Origin: Selaginella moellendorffii
Taxonomy: Eukaryota > Plantae > Lycopodiophyta
Assembly (NCBI RefSeq): GCF_000143415.4
Contig: NW_003314357.1
Span: 189,293-253,292, forward strand
Reading direction: 5' to 3'
Length of the DNA: 64,000 nucleotides
The position numbers and the translations under genes are program-made. The notes beneath the pieces were generated by a model. That model was not told the origin of the DNA. It searched no databases and saw only the letters and a program-made list of their open reading frames with translations. Of the stretch, positions 47,087-59,237 are shown in pieces (position 1 is the stretch's first letter; every line of letters starts with the position of its first letter).

Positions 47087-50000
47087 TCAAGAACGAGTGG
47101 AACGAGGATGTGAACGAGAACGAAGAGGAGGATGAGATGAGCGGCGAGGGATGGGAGATGGAGAAAAAGAATGAGGACTGGGACAAGAAGGATAGCGGCG
47201 GTGGAAGTCCTGAACAAGGTTAGGAGAATGAATCAGGTTGTCCGCAGGTTCCCAAGTGCGTTCCTCAGGTCTGTAACCCTTCCAATCCACCAGATAGTAG
47301 AGTTTAGACCATGAAATCTTGGAATCAAGGATGTCCTGAACCTCGTACTCAGACCCATCCTCGAGCTGCACTGGTGGAGGCGGAGGAATGACCCGATTTG
47401 GAATAAGACTGGGAATATAAGGCTCAAGGAGAGAGGAGTGAAAAACGGGTGAATTTGATATGAGGAGGGAAGTGCAAGGCGATAAGTGATAGGATTAATG
47501 ATGGCAGTGATAGGGAAAGGACCAAGGCGTTTGAAATCAAGTTTTGGACAGGGCCTGGTGGTGGAGATATTTCGCCTGAGGAGCCAGACTTTATCCCCGA
47601 TATTGTAAGGGGGACAATCCTGACGATGGACATTGGCAAATGTTTTATGAGATTCCTGAGCACAATGGAGGTAGAAGGAGATGGAGTTGTGGATTTCCTG
47701 GATGTTGGAGATAAATGCCTCAGAGCGGGGATTTGAACGAGAGGATTCAGATGGAGAAGGAAGTGAGAGATTGAATTGGGGATTTCGGCCAGAGCTTGCA
47801 AAGAAGGGGGAAACTCGAAGAGAGGAGTGAACAAAGTTGTTATAGGAGAACTCAGCAAGAGGAAGGATATCAAACCAGTTATCCTGATGATAGTTGATGA
47901 AGCACCTCAAGAATTGTTCCAACGTCTGAATCATTCGCTCGGACTGCCCATCAGTTTGAGGATGATATGCCGAAGAGAGGTTGGCCTTCACTCCAAGCAG
48001 CTGCAAAAACCGTTGCCAGAAATGAGAGAAGAACTGAGGCTCCCGATCCAAAACCACATCTGTAGGAATCCCATGAAGTCGGAAAATTTCCCTGAATACC
48101 AGTTTTGCCATGTCCTCGCCCGAAAACTCCTTGGTACATGGCAAGAAGTGCGCCATCTTTGTGAAGCAACCCACCACGACTAAAATGCTGTTGAAGCCTC
48201 CAGAACTCGAAAGATCACTCAAGATGGATTCCCAAGGACCTGAAGGGACCGGAAGGGAACGAAGCAAACCTGAAGGAAGGTGGCAAGGTACCTTATTCCG
48301 GGCACAAGTGTCACAGGAGGTAACAAAAGCTTTGATGTAGTCGTCCATGTGAGGCCACCAAAAGTCCCGTGCAACTAGCTCATAGGTTTTTGCAATGCCG
48401 AAGTGACCAGCAGTCGGGCTATCGTGGCACGCCATCAGGACCAACCTTCGAGCATCACCTTCAGGAACGTAAAGCTGCTCCCCACGGTACAATAAACCAT
48501 CTAAGAACTCGAACTCGTCAAATCGCCGGCAGTCGGGAGTCACTGGGTGTCCAGCCTGAAGATGGGGGAAAATGTCGCTAGTGAGATCATCGGATTGAAG
48601 ATCGTTTCTGATTGCATCCATCAAGGAGGAGTCTTGAGGGGCCAGGGAAATTGCCATAACTTGAAGCCGATCAGGACCGAGGATAACTTGATCCTGTTGA
48701 TCGAAGGCAGGATTACCAGGCCTGAGACTGAGATAGGAGTGCCTTGAAAGAGCATCAGAAAGGCCTTGAAACTTTCCAGGTCTGTACTTGATAACAAAGT
48801 CAAACCGACTTAGGAATTGTGCCCACCTTGCTTGACGATGGCTTAAAACTCGGGAAGTGGCAAAGTACTCGAGATTTTTGTGATCCGTCCAGATTGTTGT
48901 TTGATGGCTCGCCCCCTCCAAGAAACGGCGCCACTCTCCAAAGGAATCCACGATGGCAAGGAGCTCCTTGTCGTGGATTTCGTAATTGATCTCCGCAGGC
49001 TGGAATTTCTGAGAATGGAAAGCGACCGGATGAAGTTTGTGATCCGCTCCGAGTTGAGACAGCACAGCACCAATGGCAAAGTCGGAGGCGTCAGCCTCGA
49101 TGAAGAAAGGTTGTGAGGAATCAACATGGATCAAGACAGGAGCAGAACTGAAGGCCGCCTTGAGTGTGTCGAAGGCCTGCTGGGCAGCAGCAGACCAAGA
49201 GAAGGGAACATCCTTGTGAGTGAGATGTGTGAGAGGAAGGACAATGTCAGAGTAGTGATCAATGAATTTGCGGTAGAAGTTGGCGAAGCCAAGGAAAACC
49301 TAAACGTCCGACATTGATTGTGGAGGCTCCCATTTGAGAATAGTCTTGACTTTGGCAGGATCCATCGTGATACCCTCAGGAGTGACAATGTACCCAAGGA
49401 ACTCCATAGACTGCTGATCAAAGGAACATTTCTCAAGCTTTGCGTATAGGCCGTGTTCTCGCAGCTTCGCTAGCACCTTGCGTACATGTTCGTCATGCTC
49501 CTCCTGAGTTTTTGAGTAGATGAGGATGTCATCAAGGTAGACGATCACCATCTGATCAAGAAACTCCCGAAAGACATCGTTCGCCATGTGTTGGAAAACT
49601 GCTGGAGCATTTGTCAAGCCAAATGGCATGACAGTGTACTCGAAGTGGCCATAGCCGGTTCGGAACGCAGTCTTCCACATCACCAGGCCGGATCCGGATC
49701 AGGTTGTATGCTCCACGGAGGTCGATCTTGGTGAAGAAGCGGGCACCGCCGAGACATTCCAACAGGTCCGAGATCAGGGGCAGCGGATAACGGTTCCGAA
49801 CAGTCACCTTGTTCAAACCTCGGTAGTCGATGACTAGCCGCAAGCTCCCATCCTTCTTCTTGACAAAGAAGACAGGCGCTCCAGTCGGGGACTGCGAATG
49901 CTGAATGTAGCCCGAGGCAAGGTTCTCATCCACGTACTCTTTGAGGGCCTTAAGCTCGGATGGGGATAACCCGTAGATAGGCCCCCACGGAGGTGACGCT

Positions 50001-51766
50001 CCTTCCTGTAAATCAATGGGACAATCATAAGGCCGATGAACAGGCAGTACACTAGCTTTTTTCTTGTCAAACACATCCCCAAAATCATGAAGGAAGACTG
50101 ACAGGAAAAACATGCAAAGCAAAAAGAAAAAGAGGTTCTTCATGAAGGAGTTCTTTCATAGTGATTGTGGAAATAGGAGGAGGCGTACGACTAAATGGAA
50201 TGATGAGACGAGGATACAGTCCAGTGTAAGATGGAAGAGAGGAAAAAGAAGAGGGTGAAAACTTTATAGAGTCAGGAATAGAACCCCGATTTGAGTTTAG
50301 GGAACTTTTCCTAATTCGGACTCGATGAACAGTAGGGGAAGCCGTGGGAGAGATGAGCAGTAATTCCTTCCAACAGATTTGAGGCTGATGTAGTTGGAAC
50401 CAAGGAAGACCGAGCACCACAGAGGAGGACTTGCTGTTGATGATGTTGAAGGTGATATCGGTGACGGTGGACCCGATGTGTACTCGAACGGGCAATGTTT
50501 CCCTAAGTCCAGAAGATGGAGACACAAAATGCCCGCCGATGCCTTCAACCCTCAAATCCCGTATGGTAGGAGAAAGAGGAACGTGATGTCGGGCAGCAAA
50601 GTCCGTGTCCATGAAGCAGGAAGTTGCACCCGAGTCCAGTAACGCCAGAGCCTTGAGTCCTGATTGTCCGGTGAAAGAAAGGAGACATGGGACGCGGAAG
50701 TTGCGGGAATTGGTGGTGGCTTTGATAAAAGGTGGTGAGGAGCTTGATAAAGAAGAAAAGTGATTTTTATTCAGGGAGTCCAAACAGACAGCTCCTACTC
50801 TGTTTGGACAGGGTCGTTTCCCGACTATAATAGAGGTGGACTTTGAGGCAGAGTGAACTCGAGCAGTCGAGGAGGCTTCTTGGGACATACAGCTGCTTTG
50901 TGATTAGGATCAGCACAATAGAGGCAAAGATTATGAGATATTCAACGTTGCTTCTTAGCAGGACTCAACTTCTCTCTAATGAGTCGGGGAGTACCAGAAA
51001 TATCCATCGGAACCGGAGCAGTAGGTTTAGGAGTATGCCCCGAAGACTCAAGCTGGGATTCCTGAGTCTGGGACGGAAAAACAGCGGCGCGGCGACTTTC
51101 CTGACGACGTTCAAAGAGATGATTGTCACATCGAACAGCTTTGTTGATGGCATCCGACAGGTCCTTGGGATCCTCTATGGTGAGCAACAAATCCTTGACA
51201 CCGTTGTTGAGGCCGAAACGAAATTGGTCAATCAGGGCCCACTCATCCCACTAAGTGTCCAAAGCAAGGAGTTGGAACTCAGCAGCGTAGATCGAGGCAG
51301 GACGAGACCCCTGAGAGAGACGTCTCATCTTTGTGGTAGCAGCCTGAACCCGATCCGTCTCGCCAAAACATGCTTCGAGCTTCTCTTTGAACAATTGAAG
51401 ATCTATCAGTTCTGGAACCACAACCCCTTTCATGCTCTTCTCCAAAAGAGGAGAAAACCATGACAAAGCTACACCTTCGAGCAACGTCCCAATCGCGCCG
51501 ATTTGAGACTCGGGAGTAGGGTACCGCCGATGTTGAAGTGCGAAGATCAACTCCATCTAGTTCAGGAATCCGCGAAGCTCCGAACACTTGCCTAAAAATT
51601 TCGCTGGGAAGCTCACCTTCGGTTCAGGAACTTTGCTGGATCCTTGAGCTGAAAGTGAAGCAAGCTCCTGTTGCATGCGAAGAAGGGTCGCCTTCAGCTC
51701 GGTATTCTCAAATTGGATTTTTGCAAGGACTTCAGCAAAGAAATCAGGATGGCTTGGAGACTCCAT
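47087..51766 (-). pseudogene. gag-pol-chromodomain of element E
   Basis: ORF fragments 51557-51805, 51251-51556, 50942-51190, 50085-50888, 49556-50143, 49300-49683, 47233-49134 and 47087-47371, joined by stops and frameshifts. Confidence 0.92.
50816..50822 (-). promoter_or_regulatory. -1 ribosomal frameshift heptamer G GGA AAC at the gag/pol junction of element E
   Basis: Minus strand TCG GGA AAC GAC CCT GTC CAA ACA GAG TAG. The -1 frame is the open protease frame (GKRPCPNR). Confidence 0.7.
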
Positions 51767-51850
51767 TGGCAAGAAGAAAGAAAAAAGGGGGAAAAAAAAA
51801 GGCAAAGGTAATCAAACAATCAAAACGAGTTAAATCAAAAAACGAAAAAG

Positions 51851-51867
51851 CACAATTTGAATCAAAC
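51851..51867 (-). promoter_or_regulatory. Non-tRNA (self-priming) primer binding site of element E
   Basis: No TGG start. 14 of 15 bases are complementary to LTR sequence 51958-51972. Confidence 0.7.
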
Positions 51868-54800
51868 TGTCAAGACCCCTGACAAGATCAAGACTGGAAA
51901 ATGCAAAAAGACAAAGAGAAAAGCTAGTGGAAACAAAGAAGAGGCCTTAGACTGGCGTTGATTCAGATTGTGGAGAAATGGAACAAGGCTAACCTATATA
52001 TACTATAGGTTGATGAAGCTCCACCACTCTTGGATCAAGGACGGCCTAAATATAGCTGAGGTCGAGGAGGCGCCACATCATCATCAGGAATGTGGCTCGA
52101 GACTCAGGAATCGGGAAGTGTCTCGAGAGTCAGGAATAGGGAAGTGTCTCGAGAGTCAGGAATGTGGTCTGCAGGTCAGAAATCCGGCGAGAGTCAAGAA
52201 TGTGGCAAGAATTGGGGGATTCCTGACAATAGTAGACACAATAAAAAGAATACTTCAACATTAAAATAAAATAAGTACTGACTAAAATGATATATTTCAT
52301 AACTTAAAATAGAAAAGTTGAATAGCTCTAGCTATTCTAATTTGTAAATTAATTTTTGTTTTCAAATAAACTTATGATACTTATTACACATTCATCAATG
52401 AATCTAATCACATTGAGTTGTATAATATCTAAATTATATTATGTTTAGCTATGTATGTTATCAATATGAATATGTTAAAAATTGATTACAACTCTTTGAA
52501 ATTACTAAATCATCAGAAATAAACACGATGCTCCCAATGTAGTTGGGACTTTTGCTAGTACTCCCTTATTTAAAAGTGCTATTAGCATATGGCATTTTTT
52601 ATTCCATTCTAAGAATATTGAATTTTACTTAAGGATGCTCCTAATCAGATAGATTAGATTTGTTACTCTCCAAATGGAGGGTTACAATTCTTACATGTGG
52701 CAAAGAGGTGGTGACGATTGAAATCACCTCTTGGGTTGTAATCTTTTAGGGTAGATTGTGGGGGGCAGATTGTGAAAGTGCTTTTATTCTTGAGGAATAG
52801 TGCAATGTTCTTGTTCTATTCATGATCTATGGCTATAGCATATTTAGTATAAATGCTGGCAGGGACAGAGCACCAGTGTTCCTGGAAAGGGTGATGGAGT
52901 GACGTGGGAGGTGAAGCAACTGGCAGAGGAGGAGCTACAGGGATGTTGGTGGAGTTGCTGTTGGCAAAGGTAGCAAAGAGTCATCGCTAGAGGAGGTGAG
53001 GTGTGGCCTAATGAAGGACGTGGGCAGAATGAACTATGGCTCCAAGCTTGTTATGCAGTCACCAACATCCCGTTCTTTCCAGATTTTTTGTAGCCAACAG
53101 CAAAGGCAAGATCAATGAAGAAAGCCCATGCAAGCCTCTGTAATGGACGTGAGAATTATTTTATTGGATGCCTCTGGTGGAACAAAAGAGAGTCTCTGCC
53201 AAAGGAGGAGCTTTCCCGATCCCTTCTCTCTCTCTCTCTCTTTCACACACACACACACACACCTCGATATCTTCTATTCTTACAGCACTCCCTATTTTCC
53301 TTTCTCTATGCTGATGGAGTGTCAGTTGCTCATATTATCAGGGATTTATACAGCTTAATGGCTGTGTCATTCCATTGTCTGCAGTGATTGGAGCTTTGGA
53401 AGCTTGGTGAAGTCTTTGACATCCAAGTTAAGGCTCTCGCAAGTTTCACATGAACTTAAAACATTTCCTTGTTTTTCAGTCGGAGGAAGTCTTGCAAGTG
53501 TTGGCACTGGATTAAAGCAAGAGACCACTGTTGCTACTTTGGTCACTGCTCATGCTGTGAAGGATCTCCCAATTTCCGTGCAAACTCCCTCACACACCCT
53601 CACTCCTCTTGCCCAGAATCCCCTCAAAATCCTTCAGCTTCCCGGCCGTTGCAAACATATGCTACTGCAGCAATCTGTGGTGAGATTCAAGCCGTGGTGT
53701 GCAAAGCACCACTCAGGTAAAATCGAAAAGCTTTCTACCAAAATGATTTTTGATGGACTGTGACTGCTCATGAATTACTTGAAGCCAGGGTTTTATTCAA
53801 AGCTACTTTTTGGCATTTTGAATAATTATGACTGTTTAATTAAGCATAACCCTTGAACCTTTAACCCTGCAAGAGAAAATATTTGATGGCGATTTGATGC
53901 ATATTCAGGTTTTCAGGGCTATTACTGACATACATGGATTAAGGGTTTTCATTCAAGCAACTTGCGGGTTCTTTGAATTCCTTTAATTTTTAGGCTTCTT
54001 AAGGAAATTGTCGGCCCAGCCACTGCCGGCAACAGACTTTTCAAATGACACTAATTTGTATTAAAGCTTAACATTTTCTCTGCCAAAAAGTCATTTCAAA
54101 TGGCTTTTTGGCAGCCGAATAAAACACTGCTTAAAGCTGTTGGCCAGAAAATAGAAGATTTTGAAAGCTCGGGTTGATGAAGGTAAGCACTGCCTTGGTA
54201 AGAAGGCCTTCTTCATATATTCTATGTATAACAAGAACAAGCATGAGGATTGGAGCAATGTTCAATTCTTTGGACGGGGTTGTACCTTGGCTTGTTTATC
54301 TTATCCACGAATTTGTTTTTAATTAAAAAATTGAGCTTCATCTTGATGGTGAGCATGTCAAGAAAGCTTTAATAGCATGCTTTATAAGTTTTTTGAGAAG
54401 AAAATACTAACAAATTGTACCTTGTACTTGGTGAAGAGAAATTTTGGTTATATTTGCAGCAAACCAGAAGAGAAAGATAGTGGCAAACACCTTTTCCACA
54501 TTTACTTCCTCTTGCTCACTGTACAGACAGTGTACAGCCTCGATTGGTGATGGCAAATCCAACATGGGACGAATTGGCTGTATCCCATCAAAGGTTGTAG
54601 CATTTTCATGCCATCACTTGGATGGCTCTTATCAACCATGGGAATTGATAGCTTAATCATAAGAAATTATGGAATGTTATTCACATGTTGAATTTGGTCT
54701 TCACAGGTATTTTGTTTTGGAGCAAACACTCTTTCCAGTAAAGTCCTTATCTTTTTATTGCTATCTATTTTGTAGGTACCACATTGATCCACATGTTGTA

Positions 54801-56998
54801 GCTCTACCACCTTTTCTGGGACATTTCCAACTTCTTGAGGATGTTCATTTGCTCTAGAGCAGCAAGCTTCCTTTGGTGTGTTATTTCTTTGAGGGCTGGA
54901 ATGGATCCATTTTACCTCATGTACCAAAAAAAGCATTCCACCTAAGACTGACATTGATTTTGCATTTCAAACTAAACTATGTGAGCTTCGATGGAGTATG
55001 CAGAAAAGTTGGACAGTGCTGGAGAGGGAATTGATTCTTCCTCAAGATCATTATGCCATCCCTGGTTGATCAGTTTCTCCTTTGCTGACCATTCTTTGGG
55101 GGAGTCTGCTGGAGTAGCTTCTGATGAAGATGGAGATAAGGGATGCTCAAGATCATCAGTGCCACGGCTGCCAATCACATTTGTTGTTAGTTTTAAACTC
55201 TAGAGATGGAACATACTAAAAGATAATGACATTCTCTGTGTTTATGAGCACAAATAGGTATGCTTTAGTAAAGGTTTCTCACAAAGCTCACTAGTTTCCT
55301 TTTTCCTATTGTTTGTCACACATGGAGTCAAGCCAATGGCCCAGTGCCAATATCTTGGTTCACTCCTCAAGCAGGCCATGATGACAGCAAAGCACATTAT
55401 TCGCATAGCCAACTCTATCCATTTAAATGTAGAAATGCTCTAATGTTTATTTGGACAGGCACCCTTATCCTTGGATGAGTGCATTGCAAGTTCATGGCTT
55501 TGGAGACTATATCAAGATCTTTTGACAATCTTGTAGCCTTTCAAGGTGCGGATCACACAATGCAATGTGATTCTAATGCTCTTTTGCTTGCATTTTCTCT
55601 TTTCTTTCAGAAGAATCTCTATTGTTTCTATGATTAATCATAAAGAACTTAGTAGAATAAGAGGTTAAGATCTATATTTTCAATAACATTGAGACTTCTT
55701 GCTTATGTTGGTAGCCATGAGTGTTTTCTTGAATGCACAGTAATCACATGTCTTAAAAACTTTATATATATATATATAGGATTTTATAAGCAATCACAAT
55801 TGTTATACTTCTATGAATATATCAATCAGAAACATAAGAATATAATGTTATTAAACATTCATTTTTTACTTTGATTTTAAATCCTTTGATTGGGATACCT
55901 GTCTCCAACTATAAATGGTATAGCTTTTTTTAAAGAAATCTTAATATTGCAACTGAAAAACTATTAACCACAGTGAAATAATAAAATATACAAATAATAA
56001 TTTTAGAAATCAATAAGTATATTTTTAAAAGTATTTTAAATTTTATCAATACATATAGATAATGATTCAATAACTGAGACTAATAATGTTAGATGGATTT
56101 ATCTAGTTTCTAGTTTAATACATTTAAATTTTCTATATTATTATAAGAAAGTTTTGTTAAATTTGATAACATTCTTTGATACCATCACACTATGCTATAA
56201 GGGATACATGTTTGGCATCATCATATTAGAAAAATCCCCTCCTAAGACGTCCCTCAGGCTCTGGCCTTTTCTCCTGAGCATTTGCAATGAGCTGCAAGCA
56301 ATTAACATTTCTAAATATATAGTGAGTAGTATATAGTTTTATATATACAACATGACAAGGGGATCACGAGCCGAATATTCTTTGCGCACCAAGTCCCGTT
56401 ACGCGTTCGATTCCTGCGGGTGTCCCTTTCTGGGGTTTAATTTCTCTCTCTTGTTCTTGTTCGGGGTGGATGAGGATCGCTGGAGGCGAGAATGTGAAGC
56501 TCTTCGATGTCGCCAGGGTTGCGCTGGTGGAATCACGCGAGTAAGATCTGCCTGCATTGCGCGACGATATGTCGTTGTTTTCCTTTCCTTCCAGAGATCG
56601 TCAAGCTTCTAGGATCTGTGCGGCAGGCATCCTCGAGACGTTTCGTTTAGCTCAAAGTCGTGGAGAGATCGTCGTTGGAATCTGGGGCATGCAAAGCTCC
56701 AGGGATGATCACGCAAAGACGAGCACCTCCTTCGATCAGGTAAAGCTTTCCTCCCTTTGTTCCTGGTCACGTAGTGAGCTTTTGCCATGCTTCCTCATAG
56801 AGTTTTTGTTCGGCCGAGCAGAAAGCTTGACGATGGATCGGTGCATCTAGTACTGGAGGCAGTCCAAAGGTATGTTTGGGTCGCTCGCTTTCTTCATTGA
56901 CACGCGGCCGAGGAAGGCAGGTGGTCTTTCCAGGAAAAAATAGAGCTGGAAAGCGAGCTCGAGCAACCTCTCGAGGGCGAGAGGTAAGTATGAGGTCG

Positions 56999-57912
56999 CT
57001 ACAACTTGAGGCCCTGCCACGACTCGAGGGCCACAAAGAACCTCTGCCAACCGAAGTAGACCCCCTCTATGATGAGAGCAGTCAGGTCCCTGGGCTCGTG
57101 GTCATCCTCGCGAGCACTCTCGAAGCACTTGAGGCCCGGTCTACAAACTCGTGCTGGCGGCCAGCGCCAGCAGCGAACAAGACATTGGGGAACACAGCCA
57201 CGCTGCGAAGCAAGTAGGCCAGCATCATCCTCCCGCATCGCCCATTCCCATCCACAAACGGATGGATGCACTCAAACTTGTAGAAGAAGTCCGAGGCCAG
57301 CACCAGGAGCTGCTCCACCGTCTTGCAGCTCCTTGTCGTCGCCTCCTCCTCAAAGAGCCGCTCCACATCCGCGTTAGTCTTGCTCACCAACTTGGACAAC
57401 TTGGGCCGGATTGCCCAGGCATCCGCGTAGAAGTGCTGCCTTCCGCTGCTCGTGATCGTCATTGCAACCTCGCTGCCGGAACGAAACAAGCCTGCGATCT
57501 CCGGCCTGCTCGGCTCCATAAGAAGCTCGTGTGACTGCCTGAGCTTGTAGTTGTTGACGCTGGGAGCCTCCTCGGCCTTCTCCTCCTGGAGCCACCATGC
57601 GTTGAATGCTCGGGACAGGCAGCGGACTTGTTCCAATCTCTCGTCTGGAGCCACCACTTCGTGGAGCTGCTCCAGGGCGTGGAGTGTTTGGTCCCGGGTA
57701 TCAAAGCCTTCCAGCTCCAGCTTGTTCACCTGGAAGAGGAAGTCGGCCATAGCGTCGCGCTGCCCGTACACGTCCAGCGCCCATGCTTTGGCATCGCCGT
57801 CCAGGGCCTGGAACCTCTTCACGTACCCACAAATGGCGTCCACCATGCTGCTCGTCGCCGGGGCTCCGTCGCCATCGCACCTCCAGAAGGGCCTCTCCGC
57901 GTATCGCCCCAT
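56999..57912 (-). pseudogene. Fic protein A copy 2, frameshifted in the C-terminal helices
   Basis: 7-bp deletion (tagacat, = 30221-30227 of copy 1) between 57134 and 57135. The ORF ends at 57082 (276 aa) with an altered tail; the Fic motif is retained. Confidence 0.85.
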
Positions 57913-58409
57913 CTATATGCCCTAGCCTCAACCCAGAAGGGCCCCCTTTTATACAGCCAAGGTTTGAAAAGGGGTACATTTGAATTTCCCGGGCTTTGAC
58001 ACGCGGCACGCGATAATTGGCTGTCGGCGCAAGCTCATTCTTCAGGGCTTGGCGAGGCGACGGCGTGAGCGCGATGGCGATGGCGATGGCGATGGCGCTG
58101 GCGGGGTGAACGATTGATCCAGCGCCAGCGCAGGGTAGGCGCTTCGGTCGATCACAACGAAATTTCATAGTTTCTTGCTCTAGATCGCTCCCTGTTAGCT
58201 GGATCGGGCCGGCTCAGCGTCAGCGATCGATTTCTCCTCTCGCCCCGGGTGTGTAGCGCTCAGCTACCTTTTCTTGCTGCAGAGCTAGGATCCAAGAGCA
58301 ACTCGCGGCCTGTGTAGGTATGGAGATCGATATTGCCATATTTCCAACGATTCCATGAAATGCACCTTCCTAGGGTCACAGGACTTGTGAATTTCTCTCG
58401 GCTGGTATC

Positions 58410-59237
58410 ATGGATGGGCGGCGCGCGGCTCTGAATCTCGTCCGAAGTGCTGGTATGCATTTCGATCTCTCAACCTCGTATAGTGTTTGCTTATATTGCA
58501 GTGAGGAAACCAAGGGGAAAAGCTGGCAAGGAGAAGGAGCCAGAACCACTGCTTACACCGTCCAACCACGCAGGCTTCTGGTATGTCTTATGTCGCAGCT
58601 CTCTCCACGTACTTATCCAATCTACTCCAGGTTTGAGGCCTTCTGGGACACCCAAGCTATCAAAGTTGCTACGTCCCATGGCTTGGACGATCCTGCTCGA
58701 TCCGCAGGGCTCTTGAGAGGTCTTGCCGTCATCAGGTCCTGGCCGGAGAGCTCACCCATCACGACCCTGCAGCTGTTACAACTGCACGAAGCTTTACAGC
58801 TGACACCGGTCTCGGCATTCCGCAGTTATGGTGCCATGTCCTCTGCTGGAAAGAGTTACGCACATCCCCGAGACATCCAGGTCAAGATGCGGAAGTTCCT
58901 GGACCGTCTCAATGCAAGCATCGCGGAGCACAGCAAGAGCAAGATGAGCATCGCCAAATGGGCCTCCACGGTCGCAAGGCTCATCATCGACTTCGAGAAG
59001 ATCCATCCGTTTGAAGATGGTAATGGGCGTGTTGGACGCCTGCTTGCGCTGCACCTGCTGCGTCGCATTTCAGCCTTCCCAGCGGCCTTCTTCACTGCAG
59101 CTGAGCACGGATCCCGGGACAGGTTCATCACTGCTTTCGAGGAGGATGACGAAGACGAGCTGGCAAAGATTCTACTCGGCAGCCTCCAGGGAACAGACGC
59201 TGCATGGAGAGAGTTCCTTAAATCGAAGCTCCAGTGA
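58410..59237 (+). CDS. Fic protein B copy 2 (introns 58453-58501, 58581-58630)
   Basis: Protein identical to copy 1. One synonymous difference seen (32297 G / 59204 A). Confidence 0.9.
   Translation: MDGRRAALNLVRSAGMHFDLSTSYSVCLYCSEETKGKSWQGEGARTTAYTVQPRRLLVCLMSQLSPRTYPIYSRFEAFWDTQAIKVATSHGLDDPARSAGLLRGLAVIRSWPESSPITTLQLLQLHEALQLTPVSAFRSYGAMSSAGKSYAHPRDIQVKMRKFLDRLNASIAEHSKSKMSIAKWASTVARLIIDFEKIHPFEDGNGRVGRLLALHLLRRISAFPAAFFTAAEHGSRDRFITAFEEDDEDELAKILLGSLQGTDAAWREFLKSKLQ

Larger units (their letters stand above)
46715..52228 (-). mobile_element. Full-length Tcn1/sushi-like chromovirus (element E), mutated
   Basis: 361-bp LTRs at 46715-47075 and 51868-52228, differing by about 10 transitions (counted by eye). 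TSD ATAGT. PPT complement gcaccccctcctc at 47076. Motifs: gag CLYCADPNHKAAVC, PR LLDSGA, RT YLDD, RH EADASDF, IN SAYHPQTDGQSER, chromodomain EYEVQDIL..YLVDWKGY..RTWEP. Confidence 0.96.

Noticed and set aside
52800-55620. Possible decayed DNA-transposon or host-gene coding remnants (also 44690-46060)
   Set aside because: Coding-like composition, but no motif I can name and many stops. Needs BLASTx.
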